Positions 1 to 8,694 of a DNA stretch of 64,000 bases are shown piece by piece; within the stretch, counting starts at the first letter, position 1; every line of letters starts with the position of its first letter. This DNA comes from an uncultured Holophagales bacterium (lineage in GTDB: Bacteria > Acidobacteriota > Thermoanaerobaculia > Multivoradales > UBA5704), in assembly GCA_963842525.1 (NCBI GenBank), contig CAWJGT010000009.1:128001-192000 (forward strand). Direction: 5' to 3'. The translations under genes were made by a program, and so were the position numbers. The notes under the pieces were generated by a model that saw nothing but the letters and a program-made list of their open reading frames with translations, made no database searches and had not been told where the DNA came from.

Positions 1-497
1 TCGCACTGGTCAAAGGCGACATCGATCCGGACGAGCCGGTCCTGGTGCGCGTCCACAGCCAGTGCCTGACCGGCGACGTCTTCGGCTCGGCGCGTTGCGA
101 CTGCGGCGTCCAGCTCGAACAGGCGCTGGCGAAGATCGCCGACGAGGGCAAAGGCGTGCTTCTCTACCTCCTCCAGGAGGGGCGCGGCATCGGCCTGATC
201 AACAAGCTGCGCGCCTACGAGCTGCAGGAGGAAGGGCATGACACCGTCGAGGCCAACGAACGGCTCGGTTTCCGGCCCGACCAGCGAGACTACGGCATCG
301 GCGCCCAGATCCTGCGCGACCTCGGGGTCCGCAAGATGCGCCTCATGACCAACAACCCGAGCAAATACATCGCCCTCGGCGGCTACGGCCTGGAGATCGT
401 CGAGCGCGTCCCGCTGGAGATCGCGCCGACCGACAGCAGCCGCGCCTACCTGCGGGCCAAGCGCGAGAAGCTGGGGCACCTCCTGAAGCTGGTCTAG
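1..497 (+). CDS. ribA: GTP cyclohydrolase II (3' part, probably of bifunctional RibBA); 5'-truncated by the window edge
   Basis: [21 protein letters not shown] zinc motif, [18 protein letters not shown]; frame open from the window start. Confidence 0.95.
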   Translation, partial: ALVKGDIDPDEPVLVRVHSQCLTGDVFGSARCDCGVQLEQALAKIADEGKGVLLYLLQEGRGIGLINKLRAYELQEEGHDTVEANERLGFRPDQRDYGIGAQILRDLGVRKMRLMTNNPSKYIALGGYGLEIVERVPLEIAPTDSSRAYLRAKREKLGHLLKLV

Positions 498-529
498 CCA
501 CGGCGTGAAGATCCACGGCGTGAAGATCC
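498..529 (+). repeat. 15-bp direct tandem duplication CCACGGCGTGAAGAT x2
   Basis: Exact copies at 498-512 and 513-527, duplicating the GTG start. Confidence 0.9.
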
Positions 530-1782
530 TCCTCGCCACCTCCCGCTACCCTTGGCCGGCACGCCGCGGCGACCAGATGCGGGCCTTGCAGATGCTGGAC
601 TTCCTCGCGGACACCCATGAGGTGACCCTGCTCACCCCGGCCCCGGGCCGCGACCAGCCGCCTCCGCCAGACGATCGACCCTACCGGATCGAGCTCTACC
701 GGACCCGCCGCAAGCGCGCGCTCCTGCCCGGCATGGCCCGGGTGCTGCTCGAGAGCCACCCGCTCCAGAGCGGCCTCTTCTACCAGCCGGACCTGGGCCG
801 GCGCCTCCGCGAGCTGGCGCCGCAGGCCGACCTGGGCATCCTCCAACTCGTCCGCCTGGCCATCCACCTGGAGGACTTCGGCCGCACGCCGATCCTCGTC
901 GACCTGATCGACAGCCTCTCCCTCAACTTCTCGCTGCGCGCCGACGTCGACCGTCTCTGGCTGCGCCCGCTCCTGCGCCTGGAAGCCCACCTGCTGGCTA
1001 CCGGCGAGCGCCGGCTGGCCGAGAGGGCGGCCGGGGTCGTCCTGGTCTGCGAGCGCGACCGCCAAGCGCTGGTCAACCGCCTCCCCTCTTCCCTGGCAGC
1101 GAAAGTCGGAGTCGTCCGCCTGGCCCTGCGCGAGCGCAAAGCCGAGCCGCCCCTCGCCGAGGAGCGCCTGTGGAGCGATGGTGGGACCGGCCCGGTCCTG
1201 GCCATGACCGGCAACCTCGGCTACTTCGTCAATGTAGAAGCCATTGCTTGGTGGCTGCGGGAGGTCTGGCCGGCGGTCCGGCAGGCCCGGCCGGACGTCC
1301 GGGTCGTGGTGGCCGGAGAGCGGCCGGCGCCGGTGATCCGCCGTGCCGTGACCGCAGCCGGTCCAGGAGTGTGGCTCGTCGAGTCGCCGCGCGACATGCG
1401 CTCGGTCCTCGCCCAATCCACCCTGGCGCTGGCGCCAATGCGCTGCGGCTCCGGCGTGCCGATCAAGATCCTCGAAGCGTGGGCGGCCGGCGTGCCGGTG
1501 ATCGCCACCCACTGGGCGGTGGCCGGGACCACCGGCCGGCAGGGGGAGGACTTCCGCGTCGTCGGCACACCCCCCATCGAGTGGGTGACCGCCATCCAGG
1601 AGCTCCTCGACGATCCCGCCGCCCGCCGCCGCTATGCCGAGAACGGCCGCCGCCGCCTCGCCCGCGACTACTCCCGCGAGACCGTCCGCGACCAGCTCCT
1701 CGGCGTGATCGAAGGGCTCGGCCTCGACACCGCTGGAGAGCCCGCGGTCAACGCTTCGGCATCGCTCTCCCAGACCGTCTGA
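520..1782 (+). CDS. GT4-family glycosyltransferase
   Basis: GT-B C-terminal motif APMRCGSGVPIKILEAWAAGVPVIAT; N-terminal SRYPWP..RGD. GTG at 520 preferred over 505 because 505 lies in a duplicated 15-mer. Confidence 0.85.
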   Translation: MKILLATSRYPWPARRGDQMRALQMLDFLADTHEVTLLTPAPGRDQPPPPDDRPYRIELYRTRRKRALLPGMARVLLESHPLQSGLFYQPDLGRRLRELAPQADLGILQLVRLAIHLEDFGRTPILVDLIDSLSLNFSLRADVDRLWLRPLLRLEAHLLATGERRLAERAAGVVLVCERDRQALVNRLPSSLAAKVGVVRLALRERKAEPPLAEERLWSDGGTGPVLAMTGNLGYFVNVEAIAWWLREVWPAVRQARPDVRVVVAGERPAPVIRRAVTAAGPGVWLVESPRDMRSVLAQSTLALAPMRCGSGVPIKILEAWAAGVPVIATHWAVAGTTGRQGEDFRVVGTPPIEWVTAIQELLDDPAARRRYAENGRRRLARDYSRETVRDQLLGVIEGLGLDTAGEPAVNASASLSQTV

Positions 1783-1814
1783 AAGGGTGCGCCTACGACC
1801 GGACTCAGTCTGAA

Positions 1815-2636
1815 CTAACCCAGGCCCGACTCGTATTGAGCCACGAAGATGCCGAAGTCCCCAACGGAATTTCCGAAGACCCCCCGCAGTGATAGAGAGG
1901 TCCGGCTGCGGTCCTGTCCCTCTGCTCCGCTGAACAGAATGGCCTTGTCATAGACGTTGTTCAGCGCGTTGTTGAAAGCCGTCAGGACAGCCCGGCAGGT
2001 TCCGCACGGCGGCTTTGCGCCCCAGACATGGATCGTCTGTGGGACTTGGTTTGTCTGCAGCATATAGGCCAGGACCAGCAGCAGGCGCTGCTCCGCGTGC
2101 AGGTCACCTCCTCCCGCGCCCAGGATCACGAGACTGCCATCCTTGGCCGCCAGCTTGGTGGCACAGCTCTGCTCGCTGACGGCGCTTTTGATGTTCTGGA
2201 CCGCAGGCCCGTATCTGGAAAGCGGTGGCAGAAGGGTTGACAACTGCTCCTCGCTGATCGCCTGCATGGCCGCCGGTCTGTTGGCCGTCATGGCGACGCT
2301 GCCGTCGACGTGCAGTCCCTGCACTTCGGTGGCGAGCTTGACGGTGGCGTAGCCCAGGGCCATCTCCGCGGCCTCCTGAAGATCCATACCCCGCAGGCGC
2401 TGAATGACCCCCGGGCGAGCAGGATGGGGAAGATGGATCGGAAGTCTTGCCTGTACCGTTCCCACACCGGCGCCAGCCTTCGGTGCCGTCTGCGGATTGT
2501 AGATGGGTGGGGGTACCTGCGCGGCGTTCCGCAGAGGCCGCGACGGAGCCGGCAGCTTTGCCTGGAGGCTGCGCGCGGCAGATCCTGGCCAGTGGATCGG
2601 CGGCGGCGGCGGCGTGCCTCTCCTTCCAGCGCTCAT
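1815..2636 (-). CDS. Putative nucleic-acid deaminase toxin with Pro-rich QAK/VIQR N-terminus
   Basis: HAEQRLL...KPPCGTC fits the HxE/PCxxC zinc deaminase signature; N-terminal LQAK, VQAR and VIQR motifs. Confidence 0.75.
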   Translation of the reverse strand: MSAGRRGTPPPPPIHWPGSAARSLQAKLPAPSRPLRNAAQVPPPIYNPQTAPKAGAGVGTVQARLPIHLPHPARPGVIQRLRGMDLQEAAEMALGYATVKLATEVQGLHVDGSVAMTANRPAAMQAISEEQLSTLLPPLSRYGPAVQNIKSAVSEQSCATKLAAKDGSLVILGAGGGDLHAEQRLLLVLAYMLQTNQVPQTIHVWGAKPPCGTCRAVLTAFNNALNNVYDKAILFSGAEGQDRSRTSLSLRGVFGNSVGDFGIFVAQYESGLG

Positions 2637-2773
2637 CGGTTTGATCCCAGACTGCTGAATCTACTACTTTGCCGGCGCGCGTTCAAGGATGCTGGGTCAA
2701 AGTCAAATCCACGGTGGCCGTGAACACGGACCGGGCGCGTGAGCGGGGAGCGGCACACCGGGGCCCCAGACCG

Positions 2774-2984
2774 TTCCTGACGACTCTGTCAGACAGCCAG
2801 GCCCAGATCCCCAACGATCTGGTTCCCGCTCCCTCGTTCATGACCGGCTGCATCGACAGCTCCCAGTGCCTCGACGGGCCAGCTCTGTTGCTACCTTTGT
2901 GGCAACCCACCCGCGGAAGGGAATGACAGTTTCTGCAGGGCCTGCGTGACGCCGGTCAAGGGCGGCTGCCCGCAGGTCTACTAG
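2774..2984 (+). pseudogene. Fragment of an 8-Cys disulfide-rich mini-protein (one frameshift, no signal peptide seen)
   Basis: Joining frames near 2870 gives FLTTLSDSQAQIPNDLVPAPSFMTGCIDSSQC-STGQLCCYLCGNPPAEGNDSFCRACVTPVKGGCPQVY*. Confidence 0.6.
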
Positions 2985-3109
2985 ACCTCTCCGGAAAAGC
3001 GGAGCTGAAGGCCAGCTCTGAAGGCAGGCCGCTGAATGAGGGGCCGGGCGGGACCTTCTCCAGAGGTTCCGCCTGTGCAAGCGGCGGGCGGGTCGGATAA
3101 ACTTTCCCC

Positions 3110-4507
3110 GTGCCCCAAAAGACCGCAGGCCTCACGACTACCCAGTGGCTCATCTGCGTCATCGCTGCAATGGGCTTCGCCTTCGACATCTACGAGCTGC
3201 TCATGCTGCCGCTCATCGTCCGCCCGGCTCTCCAGGAGCTGGTGGGCGCCACGCCGGGCTCGCCCGAGTTCCAGATGTGGGTGGGCCGGCTGTTCTACAT
3301 CCCGGCCTTTGCCGGCGGCATCTTCGGCCTGCTGGGCGGCTACCTCACCGACATCCTGGGCCGGCGGCGGGTGCTCACGTTCAGCATTCTGCTCTACGCC
3401 GGAGCGGCGTTTGCGGCCGGCTTTTCGACCTCGATCGAGATGCTGCTGGTCTGCCGCTGCCTGGTGTTCATCGGCGTCTGCGTCGAGTTCGTGGCCGCCG
3501 TCGCCTGGCTGGCCGAGCTGTTTCCCGAGCCCAAGCGGCGTGAAAAGGTGCTCGGCTATACCCAGGCGTTCTCGTCGCTCGGCGGCCTGATGGTCGCGGT
3601 GGTCAGCGGCCTGGTGGTCAAGTACGCGGCGAGCCTGCCCGCCATCGTCGCGGAGGGCGTCGCCGATCCCCACGCCGCCTGGCGCTATACGCTGATGTCG
3701 GGCGTCATCCCGGCCATTCCGCTGATCCTGATCCGGCCGTTCCTGCCGGAGTCGCCGGCCTGGCAGAAGAAGCGCCAGGAGGGCACGCTCCAGCGGCCGA
3801 GCATCGCCGCGCTGTTCGCCCCCGAGCTGCGCCGCACCACCCTGGTGACCACGCTGATGTTCGCCATGTCCTACGGCGCCGCCTTCGGCGCCATCCAGCA
3901 GATCCCGCAGATGGTGCCGGGGCTCCAGGAAGTGCGGGAGAGGACCGCCGATCTGCCGGCCCCCGAGGCCCGGCGCACCGAGCAGGCGGTCGCCTCGGAC
4001 GTCGTCAAGGTGCAGGAGGTCGGCGGGCTGGCGGGCCGCGTGGCGCTCGCCATGTTGGCGGTCGTGATCGTCGGCCGGCGCCGGCTGATCCGCCTGTTCC
4101 AGATCCCCGGGCTGATCGTGATGCCCCTGACCTTCGCCTGGGCCGCCACCACCAGCCTCGATCTGCTCTACCCGATGATCTTCATCGCCGGGTTCCTGAC
4201 CGTCGCGCAGTTCAGCTTCTGGGGCAACTACCTTCCGCGGGTCTACCCCTTGCACCTGCGCGGCACCGGCGAGAGCTTCGCCGCCAACATCGGCGGCCGC
4301 CTGATCGGCACCTCGTTCGCCTGGCTGACCGCGACCCTTGCCGTCACCTCCGACCGCGCGGCCGCTCCCGCCAAGATGGCGCTGACCGCCGCAGCGGTCG
4401 GGTTCGGCGTCTACCTGGTCGGGTTCATCGCCTCGTTCTGGCTGCCCGAGCCGCCGGTGGAGACGGCGGCCGACGAGGCGGAGGCGGCCAAGATTCCGGC
4501 CTCCTGA
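3110..4507 (+). CDS. MFS transporter
   Basis: Motif A GYLTDILGRRRVL, PES motif, about 12 hydrophobic segments. Confidence 0.92.
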   Translation: MPQKTAGLTTTQWLICVIAAMGFAFDIYELLMLPLIVRPALQELVGATPGSPEFQMWVGRLFYIPAFAGGIFGLLGGYLTDILGRRRVLTFSILLYAGAAFAAGFSTSIEMLLVCRCLVFIGVCVEFVAAVAWLAELFPEPKRREKVLGYTQAFSSLGGLMVAVVSGLVVKYAASLPAIVAEGVADPHAAWRYTLMSGVIPAIPLILIRPFLPESPAWQKKRQEGTLQRPSIAALFAPELRRTTLVTTLMFAMSYGAAFGAIQQIPQMVPGLQEVRERTADLPAPEARRTEQAVASDVVKVQEVGGLAGRVALAMLAVVIVGRRRLIRLFQIPGLIVMPLTFAWAATTSLDLLYPMIFIAGFLTVAQFSFWGNYLPRVYPLHLRGTGESFAANIGGRLIGTSFAWLTATLAVTSDRAAAPAKMALTAAAVGFGVYLVGFIASFWLPEPPVETAADEAEAAKIPAS

Positions 4508-4549
4508 GACTCCGGGCTGATCCGCCCGGAGTCCTGAGTCCCTGACCTA

Positions 4550-4780
4550 TCAGCCTTCGAGCGGCCTGCAGCCGCAGCAGCCGCCCGTCGTTCCAGGCTT
4601 CAGGCAGACAGCCGCGCCGCCGCCGATGGATTGGCACCAGGCCACACACTCCGAGTTGTTGCAACAGGAGACTGATGACGGGCAGGCGGGCCTCACGCAA
4701 GCGGCGGCCTCCGCCGGCCGGTCGACGAGGGCCGCGACCACGAGAGCCAGAGCGAACAGGAACATACCAATCTTCTTCAT
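4550..4780 (-). CDS. Secreted 10-Cys defensin-like (CS-alpha-beta) peptide
   Basis: GGAG RBS before ATG 4780; signal peptide ending in AEA; mature part has CxxxC (CVAWC) and C-terminal CxC (CGC). Confidence 0.75.
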   Translation of the reverse strand: MKKIGMFLFALALVVAALVDRPAEAAACVRPACPSSVSCCNNSECVAWCQSIGGGAAVCLKPGTTGGCCGCRPLEG

Positions 4781-4903
4781 GACACTCCCTTCGAATCCGC
4801 GAGGCGGACGGTTGGTCACTCGGAGCTATAGCGTAGAAGAAATATGCTCGGCCTTCAATTGGAATCCGTCGCTGTTTACCGTCGCTTGCGACAGAATAGG
4901 CCT

Positions 4904-6154
4904 ATGACCTGGAGGCCACTTCTCGAAGGCGACTTGGCCCTACGCTCTCTGCAAGCGGTGGAGGACGTCGCCCGTGCTCTCGAAAGCTACACGCCGCCGG
5001 CGGACAGTCTGCGGTACCCCTCCCTGGCCGGCGGCGCGGCGGGCGAAGCCGTCCTCCATGCCTATCGGGCGCTGCACAATGGCGACGAGCATCAGGCCGA
5101 GCGCGCTGCGACGCTTCTCGACACGGCAGCGCAGGCTCTCGCCACCACCGTCATGCCGCCCGGGCTCTACAGCGGTTTCTCCGGCATCGCCTGGGTCGCC
5201 GAGCATCTCCAGGGGCGCCTCTTCGAGCCGGACCCCGAAGGCGACGACCCGCATCGAGCGATCGACGAAGCGCTTCTGGCTTACCTGAGCACCCTCACTG
5301 AGCAGGACGAGTACGACCTGATCAGCGGTGTCACCGGGCTCGGCGTCTATGCCCGCGAACGGCTGTCCTATCCGTCCGGCGCCGTGCTCTTGGAGCGGGT
5401 GGTCGACCGCCTGGTCACGCAGGCGGAGACCGGCCCCGAGGGCACGACCTGGTTCACCCCGCCGAACCGGCTGCCGGAGTGGCAGCGCGAGATCCATCCC
5501 AAGGGCCTCTACAACCTCGGGGTCGCCCACGGCATCCCGGCGGTCATCGCGCTCCTCGCAATCGCCTGCCGGGGCGGCGTAGCGGCCGACCGAGCGCGGC
5601 CGTTGCTCGACGGGACCGTGCGCTGGCTGCTCACCCACCAGTTGCCGGCCGGAAAAGGCTCCTGCTTCGGCGCCGCTTTCGTAGCGGGCGAAGATTCTGC
5701 CGCTTCCCGTCTGGCCTGGTGCTACGGCGACCCCGGCATCGCCGCCACGCTGCTGGTGGCCGCGCGGGCGGTCGGCGAACCCGCGTGGGAAGACAAGGCG
5801 CTGGAGGTCGCGCGCGCGGCCGCCCGCCGCCCACCGGAGCAGTCTTCCGTCCGCGACCCCGGGGTTTGCCATGGCGCTGCCGGCCTCGCCCATCTCTTCA
5901 ACCGTTTCTGGCAGGCGAGCGGCGAGGAGGTCTTTCGCGACGCGGCACGCTCTTGGATCGAGCGCACACTGGAGCTCCGCGTCCCCGGCGAGGGGATCGC
6001 CGGCTTTCGCGCCTGGCACGCGCTGCCGGGCCCGAACGGCCAATGGGCGGCCGAGCCGGGCTTGCTCGAAGGAGCCACCGGCGTCGCGCTCGTCCTGCTG
6101 GCAGCCGTCTCGACCGTCGAGCCGGAGTGGGACCGGATCCTCCTCGTGTCTTGA
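4904..6154 (+). CDS. lanC: Lanthionine synthetase C-like cyclase
   Basis: GVAHG, WCYGDPG and CHGAAG motifs (zinc ligands intact), GLLEGATG, C-terminal WDRILLVS. Confidence 0.92.
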   Translation: MTWRPLLEGDLALRSLQAVEDVARALESYTPPADSLRYPSLAGGAAGEAVLHAYRALHNGDEHQAERAATLLDTAAQALATTVMPPGLYSGFSGIAWVAEHLQGRLFEPDPEGDDPHRAIDEALLAYLSTLTEQDEYDLISGVTGLGVYARERLSYPSGAVLLERVVDRLVTQAETGPEGTTWFTPPNRLPEWQREIHPKGLYNLGVAHGIPAVIALLAIACRGGVAADRARPLLDGTVRWLLTHQLPAGKGSCFGAAFVAGEDSAASRLAWCYGDPGIAATLLVAARAVGEPAWEDKALEVARAAARRPPEQSSVRDPGVCHGAAGLAHLFNRFWQASGEEVFRDAARSWIERTLELRVPGEGIAGFRAWHALPGPNGQWAAEPGLLEGATGVALVLLAAVSTVEPEWDRILLVS

Positions 6155-6211
6155 CAGCCGGGAAGCTCTCCCCTAGCCTGCTGGCATCACTGAATCCAAA
6201 GGGGAAAACCG

Positions 6212-6403
6212 ATGAAGAAACGCTCCGCCAAGCTCATGCTGTACCGCGAGACCCTGCGCCACCTCGTCACACCGGAGCTCCGGGATGCGGCTGGAGGCCT
6301 CCGCGCCATGGAGGACACCAGCCAGTCCATCCAGAGCGGTGAAACCTACTGCTGGTGCACCAAAACCTGCAACTGCTGCGAGACAGCCACCCAGGCCAAA
6401 TAG
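6212..6403 (+). CDS. lanA: Class I lanthipeptide precursor
   Basis: Leader MKKRSAKLMLYRETLRHL (LxLxxETL type), GG site, core with 5 Cys and 9 Ser/Thr; directly after lanC. Confidence 0.8.
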   Translation: MKKRSAKLMLYRETLRHLVTPELRDAAGGLRAMEDTSQSIQSGETYCWCTKTCNCCETATQAK

Positions 6404-6535
6404 GTCTGATCCCTGGAGGCTGTCGAGGTCGTCGGAAGGCGACAGGCTCCAGGGCACCCTCATCGACCACCCTCATCGGGTGCCACCGAATATTCCGGGC
6501 ACTACGGCAGCGGGGGAATGCTGTCCGGCCAGCCT

Positions 6536-7868
6536 CTACGGCCGCCTGCGCCATTCAAAGCGAAGAGAGGGCTCGCTCCGCGCCTCGCGCAGATAGGCCG
6601 CGACTTCGAGCGTCCGCTCGACCGTGAGCTGATCCTTCCGGGCCGCCTCCTGGAAGAGAGCAAGCGCAGCCAGGGCCTCCCGATGGACGTCCTGAGCCTG
6701 AAAAACAGGCAACATCTCCTCGGCAATCTGGCGCACATCGGCCGTCCGCCCCTGCCGCAGACAGAGGGCCGCCAGATCGAGGGAGACGATGGCGGCGTCG
6801 TATCCGATCCCCAGAGAGATGAAACCGTCGCGGGTCTGTCGATAAGCCCGTTCGGCCGCAGCCAGATCCTGCTGTCCCGCCGCGAGATCGCCGCGAAGCC
6901 AGACGAGGCGGAGCTGAAGCCAGGGCTCCTGCACCTGCCGATAGAGGCCCTCGTCGTCTGCCAGCAGCTCGGCCGCCTCCTCGAACCGCCCCGCCTGGAC
7001 CAACTGGAGGGTGAGGTTGTAGTGCCCGGCGATGTGCAGCCGCAGGTCCGACTCCGCACCCAAGAGATCCAGCGCCGAGCGGGTGGTCTCAATGGCACGA
7101 TCGAAGGAGCCGGAGGAATGATAAGTATCACCCAAGTTGATGAGGACCCGCGCGGCGTCTTCAGGAGCGTGTATCAGATCGAATTGCACGGCGGCGCGCT
7201 TCAGCAGTCTCTCGGCTTCGGGGAAGCGACGCTGATCCTTGCGCAGCGATCCCATAAGATCATCCACCCTGGCGACGACTGCCGGGTCGGTGACGCCGTG
7301 CTCCGCCATGACCTGGCGCGCAAGGGTGAAAAGCCGGCCTGCCTCCTGAGGATCATCCCCCACCCTCCGAGCGTTTCCCATGTGAGCCGTCGCCAGGACA
7401 TAGAGGTCGAAGTACTCAGGCATCCGTGGATTGCGATTCGCAATCTTGCGAGCCAGATCCGCCCACTGGAACGCCTCGGCAGGCCGCTCCGGAATGCAGC
7501 CTCGGCTCTTCTCGAGCAGCAAGCGGACCAGGGCCGGGCTCCGAAAGCGTCCCCGGGCACGCTCGATCCGTCCTATCCGTTCCTCGGGGGAAAGGGTGAG
7601 AAGATCCCGCAGGTCCCGTTCGGCGCGCCGAAGCTCCCGGGAAGCTCCAGGCCATCCATCGCTCGAGGAGCATCGAGAGAATCTGGAAGACTCGGCTCAG
7701 GACAGACGTCCCGGCACGGCGCTCCGCCTCATAAGCTTCGACCTCCGCCCGGCAGTGAGGGCAGAGGCTGAGGAGGTGCTCTGCCCTGATCTCGTCGACG
7801 AAGCTCCTCGGCAGCTTCCCGTCATCGGCCGCTCGCAGGATCTCGCGCGAGAGATGGATATCGTCCAT
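6536..7868 (-). CDS. TPR-repeat protein with N-terminal HxxxxCxxC motif; frameshifted (ORFs 7416..7868 and 6536..7522)
   Basis: EHLLSLCPHC at the N-terminus; TPR-like repeats HMGNARRVGD, DLMGSLRKDQRRF, INLGDTY; frame change near 7600-7660. Confidence 0.75.
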
Positions 7869-7983
7869 GGTCTGTTCCCCGCGGATTCACAGAGTCAGTT
7901 CTGCGCGAGGATAACAAAGAATCGTGCCGGCGGCACGTCGCGACGTGTCGAGAGCGCCGCCGGCACGGAAAGAGGAGCCCGCA

Positions 7984-8223
7984 CTAGCCGTTCGGGTCGA
8001 TGCCGTGGCCGCGATCGGGATCCGAGGACTGCAGACCGTCAGGGTCGATTTCGTGATCCAAGAGCACGAAGGCGGTCCGGACCAGATGCCAGATCTGCTC
8101 GAGGACGGACGGGAAGGCCGCTTGAGGTCGGGGCAGGCGCTCGCCCGCCGCGAGGGCGAGCGGAGGGGCCGCGACCGCCAGGAGAAGGATGAGAGCGAGG
8201 GCGCGGACCAGAGGATGTCGCAT
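7984..8223 (-). CDS. Small secreted peptide with two xxIDPxG repeats at the C-terminus
   Basis: AAGGAG RBS before ATG 8223; signal peptide; LDHEIDPDG and RGHGIDPNG*. Confidence 0.75.
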   Translation of the reverse strand: MRHPLVRALALILLLAVAAPPLALAAGERLPRPQAAFPSVLEQIWHLVRTAFVLLDHEIDPDGLQSSDPDRGHGIDPNG

Positions 8224-8525
8224 GAGCAGCTCCTTTTCCGGGCACGGCAACCCCGGGGGTTCCGTTCAAGGGGACCTCGGGCCGGCCCTACAAGGAAGAG
8301 TGCGGGGAATGCCGCCTCGCCAGCCCGCCCCGGATCTGGTGGACGCCGAGGGGGTGCCTATCACAGCGTAGAAGGCATCCCGGGATAAAGTCGCCCGGCA
8401 GGGCGGAAGGAACAGCGGCACATAGAGATAGGCCCCCTTTTCTCAAAAAGCCTCGGGCGTTTTATCCGTCGATCTTGGACGTCCAAGCAGCCCACGGGGT
8501 GCCTTATTCTCCTTCTCTGGTCGCG

Positions 8526-8554
8526 TTGACTCACCCGACGCAGGGGAGTATGCT
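8526..8554 (+). promoter_or_regulatory. sigma70-type promoter facing cassette array 1 (Pc-like)
   Basis: TTGACT, 17-bp spacer, TATGCT. Confidence 0.65.
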
Positions 8555-8606
8555 CTTCTAAGTTGAGGAGCGACAGGATGTTAGCGCCAGGATAGCGAAG
8601 AGGGTT

Positions 8607-8663
8607 GAGGCGCTTATACGTGGCGTAGAAGCCCTATGCCGTCGCTCCTCGTAGCTGTTGGGC
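8607..8663 (+). other. attI-like head site of cassette array 1
   Basis: Ends in core GTTGGGC (8657-8663); clearly similar to 36066-36124. Confidence 0.55.
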
Positions 8664-8694
8664 GGTGAAACTTCACAAGATGCCTGGAAGCGCC

